Source of the DNA: Fimbriimonadales bacterium
GTDB lineage: Bacteria > Armatimonadota > Fimbriimonadia > Fimbriimonadales > ATM1
Assembly (NCBI GenBank): GCA_051003155.1
Contig: JBPCLO010000045.1
Location: 1 to 18,542 of the forward strand
Length of the DNA stretch: 18,542 nucleotides
Reading direction: 5' to 3'
The notes beneath the pieces were generated by a model. It was given only the letters and a program-made list of their open reading frames with translations, was not told the origin of the DNA and searched no databases. Shown one piece after another: positions 8,610 through 15,338 of the stretch (within the stretch, counting starts at the first letter, position 1; each line of letters opens with the position of its first letter). Both the position numbers and the translations under genes were made by a program.

Positions 8610-9185
8610 CTACTCGATTATGATCGGGTAGCCGATGTAGCCCCTGAGTGTTTCGCGAAAGCCGGTTTCGACGCCCACGAAGGTTAGGTCGGGCGGTGAG
8701 CCGTTCGCCTTCCATCGCCTGGTCATCGCGAGAAGGCGTGCGAACTCGTCCTTCGTCATCAACTCCGTTCCGCAGTCGGTATAGACGCGGATCGAGACCG
8801 GTTGCGGCCATTGGGGCAGCCGCCGGTCGATGCCTTCAAACAGCTTGAAGAGGTTGGTGCCTCTGCGTCCGGCGGTGCGGGTGAAAACCTCTTTCATGAG
8901 GCGCGCAACCTCTTCGTCGTTTCCGAAGGAATCGCCCTCGTGGGCCTCTTGGGGCAGCACATCGAACCGATAGACGACTAGGCGGGTGTCGCGCGTGTCG
9001 GCCATCATGTCGTGAAGCCCGCGGTTGAAGAAGGTCTCGTGCTTGTCCTTGGCGGAGCCGGAAGTGTCGAACGCGAAAGCGCGCGTTTGATAGCTCGGCG
9101 AACTGGCGGAAAGGCTGCCGCATCCTGCCAGAACGAAAGCGCATGCCGCACAGACAACTGCCCCGAACAAGTTACGCTTCGTCAA
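8610..9185 (-). CDS. Lipoprotein with a VWA-like (MIDAS) domain
   Basis: TTG 9185 has a GGAGG SD 6 nt upstream. Signal peptide MTKRNLFGAVVCAACAFVLAG-C has lipobox LAGC. FAFDTSGS (DxSxS), RGTNL and VYTDCG supply the MIDAS residues. It overlaps the upstream gene's stop. Confidence 0.8.
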   Translation of the reverse strand: MTKRNLFGAVVCAACAFVLAGCGSLSASSPSYQTRAFAFDTSGSAKDKHETFFNRGLHDMMADTRDTRLVVYRFDVLPQEAHEGDSFGNDEEVARLMKEVFTRTAGRRGTNLFKLFEGIDRRLPQWPQPVSIRVYTDCGTELMTKDEFARLLAMTRRWKANGSPPDLTFVGVETGFRETLRGYIGYPIIIE

Positions 9186-10446
9186 CCGAGGCCTCCACCT
9201 GAGTAGGCAAAGCCGCAAGGTCCTTTCCCTTGAACGCGCGTTCATAGCCGCGACCAATCTTGAAGCTTGTCAGGTGCTTCGATTCTTCCTCTATTCGGAT
9301 GTTTAGAGCGCTGATCCGGCCGATGTAGCCCAGCAGCGCCTCGAAGTCGGGCGCGGTCTTGTAATACTCGAACTGTTCTCGTTCCTTGTCACACTCCTCG
9401 CGTCGGCGCGCGCATTCGGCGTCGTGCTCCTGCGCAGCTTTGTTCCGCGCTTCAAGGCGGCGTTGCTGATCGGACCGGTAGTTCTCCTCGACCAGGGCGG
9501 CCCGTCGTTGCGCGGCTTCGCGCTGGGTTCTCAGGCGTTCGTCCGTGATTCGCTGCCTCTTGGCGTTCAATGCCTCGACGCGCAGGCGCTCGTCTTCGAG
9601 CGTCAGGGAGCGAATCCCCTGGCCGTGTCCTTTGAACGCCGAGTAGAGGAGGATCGGAGTGGAAATCGCGATCGCGATGAGCAACGCCATCCAGTACGGA
9701 ACGGCGTCTTCCTGGCGGAAAGCAACCCGCTTGCTGTACGTGACGATCGCATAGCCTCCGAGGCTGGCCTCCGCCAGGCAGAAGATCGCCGTAAGGGCGG
9801 TGTAGAAGATGAGCATGCCAGGGGACGAGGCTTCGCGCCTCTTCGCGCGGGCATATTCCTCCCAGATTTTGTGCAGGAAGAGCTTGAGGCCGATGATGAC
9901 GCCTGCGCCCAAAACCAAGAACACGCCGAGCAAGACCGGCTGTTGGTCGACTGGGAGGCCGGTGATCTTGCCCAAGCCGTAACCGATGAACACGCCGACG
10001 ACCGCCCCGATTAACCATTCGGGGATCGCCCGATACCACTTCGTATTCTCGGGCGGCGTCTCGAAGCCATTGGCGGCCGCTTGCTTATCCAGATCTTCCA
10101 GGGCGTCGCGCTCAACTTGGTCGACTGCCGCCAGCGCCTTCCCAATCGCCGCGTCGTCATCCGGGAGAGTCGCGGGCGGTTCGGGCATCTCCGGCAGCGG
10201 GACTCCGGATCTCATTCGGACGTACTCGTTCGTGTCGGCACGGTAGACCATGCCCAGGTTTCCCGCGTGCGTGGCGGCGGCCTTCATGCAGTTTTCGCGC
10301 TCGCTTTGCAACGCGGCTATGTGTTGGTGGATATCGCCAAGGCCGTTCCTCGTTTCCCGGTCGAGATTCGCAAGATTTTCCTTCTTGAGATCGTAGTGGT
10401 CACCGGGCGAAGGAACCCCGTTCAAAGCGCCGTTTCTATCTTCCAA
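9172..10446 (-). CDS. Hypothetical membrane protein with 4 TM helices flanked by coiled coils
   Basis: AGGAGG SD 9 nt before the TTG, four hydrophobic segments and a long R/E/A-rich C-terminal coiled coil. Confidence 0.85.
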   Translation of the reverse strand: MEDRNGALNGVPSPGDHYDLKKENLANLDRETRNGLGDIHQHIAALQSERENCMKAAATHAGNLGMVYRADTNEYVRMRSGVPLPEMPEPPATLPDDDAAIGKALAAVDQVERDALEDLDKQAAANGFETPPENTKWYRAIPEWLIGAVVGVFIGYGLGKITGLPVDQQPVLLGVFLVLGAGVIIGLKLFLHKIWEEYARAKRREASSPGMLIFYTALTAIFCLAEASLGGYAIVTYSKRVAFRQEDAVPYWMALLIAIAISTPILLYSAFKGHGQGIRSLTLEDERLRVEALNAKRQRITDERLRTQREAAQRRAALVEENYRSDQQRRLEARNKAAQEHDAECARRREECDKEREQFEYYKTAPDFEALLGYIGRISALNIRIEEESKHLTSFKIGRGYERAFKGKDLAALPTQVEASVDEA

Positions 10447-10562
10447 AGGGACTAGCCTCCTAATTCAATCGACTCCCGACAAAGGCGTTCCAAGGTAAGG
10501 TCGAACATAACAGTATCCTTAGGACTACCCGTTGATCCGTTACGAGGTTGCGGCCCTTTAAG

Positions 10563-10594
10563 AAAAAAGCCACGTCCGGCGCCCGAACGTGGCT
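10563..10594 (-). terminator. Rho-independent terminator of the HMA-DUF1326 operon
   Basis: Minus strand reads AGCCACGTTCGG-GCG-CCGGACGTGGCT-TTTTT: a 12-bp stem with one G-U pair, then a U-tract, 18 nt after the DUF1326 stop. Confidence 0.85.
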
Positions 10595-10612
10595 CAACTC
10601 TAAGCAGAGTCC

Positions 10613-11266
10613 CTACATGTCGCCCTTTGAATGGATCGTAATGAAGAACCCGTTCTTCTTCTCGTGAGAGTAGTCGTAGCCGTGGCCCTTATAGAAGTGC
10701 GTTCCATACGCCAAACGGAAGCCGTCGTTCCTATCCGCGCCCCAGTACTTGAGGTTGCGGATTACCGTCTGCTTTCCTTTGTCGTCTTTGGCTCCCTCTA
10801 ACGTGATTTCGGCCTTATCCCCGAGCTTGGCGTGGCCATTCATACCGGTCTTGTGCCAAGTGATTGGCGCTTCGTCCTCTTTGAAGCTCCCCCACTTGAC
10901 CGGGTAAACCTTTGACATCAGGACTTTGATCGCTTCACGTTTCTCCTTGGGCGTGCTCGGGTCGAAAGTGATGACCGCGCCTTTCATACCCTGGGTGAAG
11001 TCGCCTCCAAGGTCACCCGAGAGCCACACGTGAGTGCCGTCTACGACGACATCCCCAACGTGGCCTTTCGTGATCTTGATGGCATTGTTAAACTCGCAAA
11101 ACATCCCGCCCTCTGGGTGGGTGTTGAAATAACACATGCAAAACAAGTTGCATGAGCAGGCTTCGATGTAGTCAGCGTCGATAGCCCAAGTCTTCTTCTC
11201 AGTCTCGGGGCCGGCGGACATCCCGCACATGGCCACGAGCAAGGCGAAGATCCCTGTTACTCGCAT
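10613..11266 (-). CDS. Secreted DUF1326 family putative metal-binding protein
   Basis: AGGAGG SD and signal peptide MRVTGIFALLVAMCGMSA. W-x5-YIEACSCNLFCMCYF...C...I..GHVGDVVVDG is the DUF1326 CxCxxxCxC pattern. Confidence 0.85.
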   Translation of the reverse strand: MRVTGIFALLVAMCGMSAGPETEKKTWAIDADYIEACSCNLFCMCYFNTHPEGGMFCEFNNAIKITKGHVGDVVVDGTHVWLSGDLGGDFTQGMKGAVITFDPSTPKEKREAIKVLMSKVYPVKWGSFKEDEAPITWHKTGMNGHAKLGDKAEITLEGAKDDKGKQTVIRNLKYWGADRNDGFRLAYGTHFYKGHGYDYSHEKKNGFFITIHSKGDM

Positions 11267-11313
11267 CTACGTTACCTCCTTCGGATGGGCGCGGAGCTCG
11301 AACGCTCCTACCC

Positions 11314-11814
11314 TCAGTATATCACGGGTTTTGCCAGGTCGATGCCTGATACTGCCGCCGCTTTCAAAAGGCCGTCCAACCGCGTCTTCTTCTTTAGATC
11401 GAAAGTTACGAGGAACCTATTGTCACCATCCGGTTCGGAAACGGCCCGGACGCCGAGGTTGCCGGCTCGGGATCGGAACTTTTCGAGCGCCTCGGGAGAC
11501 GGCTTAGCGCTACTCGTGATCACCAGACGTGCATCGTACTGGCTACCGGCCTCCTTGACTGCGAGTATGATTTGCTGTATCGAGAGCTTGTCGGCACGAA
11601 CCATGCCGGAGAGCGTCTTGGATTCAATGTCGACTTCGGGCTTGTCAAAGCCTTCGATTTTTTCGACCGAAGTCAAAACTGACTTCGCACATCCCCCTCA
11701 GCTCATGCCTAAAACGAAGAAGGTGGCTTTGTTTGGTGCGTCTTGAGCGCCTGCCCCTGCAATGCCAAGAGCGATCGCGGCCGCAAGCATAGTACGCAAG
11801 GTTGCCGATTTCAT
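11314..11814 (-). CDS. Secreted heavy-metal-associated (HMA/MerP/CopZ-like) selenoprotein, 166 aa, Sec at codon 39
   Basis: ATG 11814 gives MKSATLRTMLAAAIALGIAGAGAQDAPNKATFFVLGMS-TGA-GGCAKSVLTSVEKIEGFDKPEVDIESKT, in frame with the ORF-track ORF 11314..11676. The TGA (11698-11700) sits at the first Cys of GMxCxxC, and a SECIS-like hairpin follows. Confidence 0.88.
11668..11687 (-). promoter_or_regulatory. Bacterial SECIS-like stem-loop
   Basis: The mRNA reads UGA-GGGGGAUGUG-CGAAGUCA-GUUU-UGACUUCG: a perfect 8-bp stem with a 4-nt loop starting GU, the loop 18 nt after the UGA. Confidence 0.8.
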
Positions 11815-12304
11815 GATATGTAGTTTGTACCCGATGCGCGGTTACTTGCCCTGGTATTGTAGGCGGATTGAAGGTCCCACGTCCGCCACCGTCCTCCCAA
11901 GTCGTTGTCAATCCGCCCAAGTTGCAGTCAGAGTTGTCGTCATCACGGGTCGGTTCACAGCCTGCTAGCTGACTTGGCCCATAGGTCCCCTGCCCTCGAC
12001 ATCTTCGGATTCCATATCAAGGACCTTCCACCTGCCGGATGCGCATCGGCAAGCCTCTCAAATGCGCGGTCCTTCCGACCGCTTTAGGTAGGTATTGCAG
12101 CTCCAAATCCCGATGATCCTCAGGGTCAGACTATGGCAGCCGCACGGGCTAAGCTCCGACCCCATTCGATCGCCATTCGGAAATGAACATCAGTAAGCAC
12201 AGGGCCGAGGCAACTGTGAGCAGGACTGATACTGCAAACCCAAAGTTGCGAGCATTCGCATAGCTCATCAAGGCCCTTATGGTGTGACCAGGTAAGCTCC
12301 ACCA

Positions 12305-13306
12305 GTGTCCGGCGTGGCTGCAACCAAGTCCTCTGGCATGACCGAAGCTCGTGGTTTTTGCGGACGGCGAGTGCGATCCATCTTGCGCCTGATTGGGCTT
12401 GCTGGGATCGCAAGCTCTTTGCTGCTGACGTGTTGGGGCTGCAAGCGGACGCCCCGTTCGATTACTAGTGGGGACAAGGTGATCGAAGTTGGCCCCCCCG
12501 AGATCCTAACCAACGCGTTTGTCACGGTGTTCAGTGCCGATGGAAGGATGGCAGCCGGATTCGAACAGCTTGGACCCCGCAGGAAGAAAGTATCCCTCAA
12601 AGTATGGTCGTGCGAAACATTGCGGGTGGTGTACGAGCATGATTTCACTGAATCGGAGTTTGCTTACCCGGTACTGCTAGATGCAACGAGCAAGAGGCTC
12701 ATCTACATTTACGAAAACCACGATAACTCTACTCAACTAGTTAGCCTTGATTTCGAGAGACTTGCTAAGACAGATCTGCCTGTCGATATGAGCGAGCTGA
12801 GTGCCCAAGGCCTGTTTCGAAACAGCGACCAGTCAATTGTGCTCTTGGACGGACGCGACAATGGCCTTCTGATTACTCGGCTAGGGGCTGTCACATTGCC
12901 CCAATTTTCGCGCAAAGGTTTCGATATGTACGGAGTCTTTTGGGCAAAGACCGGGAATAGCTGGCAATATTGGGCGAAAGACGGCGCCTCGGGTATTTCT
13001 CCAACACTCAAATCAAGCCTCGTGCTCGATCAGACGAAAATCCGTGGCCGCCTAGCCCTTTCCAGGACCGATGCAACAACGGCGAGAGGCGAAGCGACTG
13101 CGTACGTTTCCGCAATTTGGATGGAAGACCCGCGAACACCCGATCTTGAGTCTGCGCCGCGAGCAGGGCTCGTCGACGTGTGTACCGATGTTTTCGATTA
13201 CGGTTTTGTGCCGAACAAGGACAGGGTCTGGATTTCCGCCACGGATGGCAGCACTCGACTCATTCCGTATTACGTGACGAGCAGAGCGGTCCCAAGCAAA
13301 CAATAA
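12305..13306 (+). CDS. Hypothetical lipoprotein, probably beta-propeller-like
   Basis: Basic N-region, hydrophobic stretch and CWGC lipobox-like site. VFSADGRMAA and LKVWSCET resemble WD/TolB-like blades. TAAGCT lies 6 nt before the GTG. Confidence 0.7.
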   Translation: MSGVAATKSSGMTEARGFCGRRVRSILRLIGLAGIASSLLLTCWGCKRTPRSITSGDKVIEVGPPEILTNAFVTVFSADGRMAAGFEQLGPRRKKVSLKVWSCETLRVVYEHDFTESEFAYPVLLDATSKRLIYIYENHDNSTQLVSLDFERLAKTDLPVDMSELSAQGLFRNSDQSIVLLDGRDNGLLITRLGAVTLPQFSRKGFDMYGVFWAKTGNSWQYWAKDGASGISPTLKSSLVLDQTKIRGRLALSRTDATTARGEATAYVSAIWMEDPRTPDLESAPRAGLVDVCTDVFDYGFVPNKDRVWISATDGSTRLIPYYVTSRAVPSKQ

Positions 13307-13456
13307 TTGGTTCGCGAACTGATCGAAAATTGCGATTTCGTGTTTCAGAGTTCCCGAATAGCCAATGTCATCGCTCAAACGGCTATCCGGGTGATCGTTG
13401 AGGAGGCGGTCGACAACACGGGCGAAAGAGTGAGTTCGTGCACAATGAACGTGGGG

Positions 13457-13990
13457 ATGAAGAAACGGACTTGGCTCCTGCCTTTTGCGTCGATAGCGCT
13501 AACCGTCCTAATTCCGTATAGTTGCTACCGCTTCTGGCTCCTTGGCAATTTAGAAGATATTGAGATAGAGATCTTTCGAAACTTCCCTGCGCGGGGTGGC
13601 GCATTATCATCTCCGTCCGGGCCCAGCAACTATGTACTTGGCGAGCTACGCAAACGCGGATTCGACGTTCGCCGAGGAAATAGGGTGCCGTTTATGAGCA
13701 TCGACTCGGTCACTCCAATCGGCATCAATGCCGCCCGTGCAGGCGTCACTTTGCACGACCCGCCAAAGGGTGGAGCAGGTTATTCGGTTACGCTGGAGCG
13801 GCGAAACGGAATCTGGGCGATTGTCGAAACGAAGGAAGAATACATCGTTGGCATCTCGGTGGACTGCCAGGGCGGGCTCGCCTCCCATAACTCCGCGCGG
13901 CTCGCCCTCAGTACCACCAATGCAGAACTTGACGCGACCGCCCGGGGTCGTCCTCATCGGGCCCAACTAGCTTCAAGCCATACTATTACC
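13457..13990 (+). CDS. Small membrane-anchored hypothetical protein with no stop codon, reading in frame into the next gene
   Basis: MKKRTWLLPFASIALTVLIPYSCYRFWL N-terminal anchor, and a C-terminal-type beta hairpin YSVTLERRNGIWAIVETKEEYIV. About 47 non-protein-like codons then cross the next gene's promoter. Confidence 0.5.
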
Positions 13991-14110
13991 ATGGGCGCCC
14001 TGCTACTCATAGGCATGGTCACGGCGATAGGCGCTGGACAGTCTTCGTCAGATATCAACGGACTCGACAAACCCGTAACCCTCTATGAGTCCTACGGCTT
14101 CGCGCTGCCT
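13967..14110 (+). repeat. 144-bp direct repeat, copy 1 (promoter plus first 40 codons)
   Basis: Ungapped manual alignment to 15195-15338 gives about 24 mismatches in 144 bp (about 83% identity). Confidence 0.95.
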
Positions 14111-15127
14111 GCCGTCCCGGTGATCGGCACACCCGCTCCTGCTCAGCAGCCCTACCAAGTTCCCGTCACGCTCTTCGCTTTCGGTGGCAAAGTGTACTTT
14201 CTGGACTCCAATGACGACACTCTTACCATGGTCTACCCAGCAGTCCGTCGGGAAAAGCTGTCATTCGACGTGCCAGCACTGGCTATGTACCGACGGGACA
14301 CAAAGACAGAGTGGATGTGCGGTTCGTCTCCGCGCGCAGTGTTCGCAAAGCAGCGGCGCATTGGTGCTAACACCCGCTGGGTTGACATAGCGATGAAGGC
14401 AAGAATAAGGAACGCGCTGGCATATGGTGGCAGCCTCTACCTAACGGGAGACGAGTGGAAAACTGGAACAACCATTGTCCGGATTGTTGGCAGGACTGTT
14501 AGAAAATCCTGGCCAGCGCTAGAGGGCCTGGCGCATGCACCGGCGCCGATCTTTTTCGACCGGGCGCGCAATCTCCTGCGGATTGGCAAGAATGGCCAGG
14601 CAATCAACATTCTCTCAGCAAGCAAATCACCTTTCAAGGCGATGCGGGAATTCAAAGTATCCGCGGTAGCCTCGGCGCAATCTGACATTTTCGTGGTCGT
14701 TAATCGGAAATTGTGGCAAGTGAATCACCGCGGCCGCGCGCGGGTTACTGACCTCACTGACGCTTCGATCAACCGCTCCGACTCGGATGGAAGCGGCGCC
14801 TGGTTCCTGGCAAGACGCCGGGGCCGATTGGTCGTCGCATTTTTCACGAATGGCAAATGGTTCTTTACATCCCCAGCGGGACTGATCCTCGATGGTTCTT
14901 TGCTCAGTGCTGCGGGAAATACGGCGTGCATCACGTGGAGACAGGGCGGGACTGAAAAATCGCGCGTGACCCTTATCACCGTAACCGGAGGCCGCATTTT
15001 GCACGTCACCAAGCGCCTCGCCTACGGCGTTTTCCCGGGCAAGGGAGTAGCGTTCGGCGGCGGCCGTTGGTGGTTGAGCAAGATGGACGGCAAGGGCGTC
15101 GTATGGCTAAAGCCTCCCGCCAGGTGA
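13991..15127 (+). CDS. Secreted hypothetical protein, beta-rich and very basic, probably propeller-like
   Basis: Internal ATG of ORF 13307..15127 with CATACT 6 nt upstream and a signal peptide MGALLLIGMVTAIGAG, nearly identical to the start of ORF 15219. Confidence 0.7.
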   Translation: MGALLLIGMVTAIGAGQSSSDINGLDKPVTLYESYGFALPAVPVIGTPAPAQQPYQVPVTLFAFGGKVYFLDSNDDTLTMVYPAVRREKLSFDVPALAMYRRDTKTEWMCGSSPRAVFAKQRRIGANTRWVDIAMKARIRNALAYGGSLYLTGDEWKTGTTIVRIVGRTVRKSWPALEGLAHAPAPIFFDRARNLLRIGKNGQAINILSASKSPFKAMREFKVSAVASAQSDIFVVVNRKLWQVNHRGRARVTDLTDASINRSDSDGSGAWFLARRRGRLVVAFFTNGKWFFTSPAGLILDGSLLSAAGNTACITWRQGGTEKSRVTLITVTGGRILHVTKRLAYGVFPGKGVAFGGGRWWLSKMDGKGVVWLKPPAR

Positions 15128-15194
15128 CTCTGGCTCCACTCGACCCTCTTTCGGTATGAGCACTACTCGATGCGATACGCGGGGCGTGCCTTAG

Positions 15195-15338
15195 CTCGCT
15201 TCCAGCCATACTTATGCCATGGGCGCCCTGCTACTAATAGGCATGGTCACGGCGATAGCTGCTGGTCAGTCCTCGTCAAGTCTCAACGAACTCGACAGAC
15301 TCGTCACGCTCTATAAGTCCTACGAACTGCCGCTGCCT
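15195..15338 (+). repeat. 144-bp direct repeat, copy 2
   Basis: CTCGCTTCCAGCCATACTTATGCCATGGGCGCCCTGCTACTAATAGGCATGGTCACGGCGATAG...CTGCCT matches 13967-14110. Confidence 0.95.

Noticed and set aside
11314..11676. 120-aa ORF as the complete gene
   Set aside because: It starts inside the HMA helix. The signal peptide and metal motif lie upstream, across the in-frame TGA.
11698..11700. Genome-wide UGA reassignment (code 4 or 25) as the reason for the in-frame TGA
   Set aside because: TGA ends moaE and the prepilin gene at their expected C-termini, and Trp or Gly would not fit the CxxC position.
11950..12290. Short ORFs or an ncRNA in the gap before ORF 12305
   Set aside because: Only short, motif-free frames were found and no recognisable RNA structure. 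It could be a decayed gene, but this cannot be supported.
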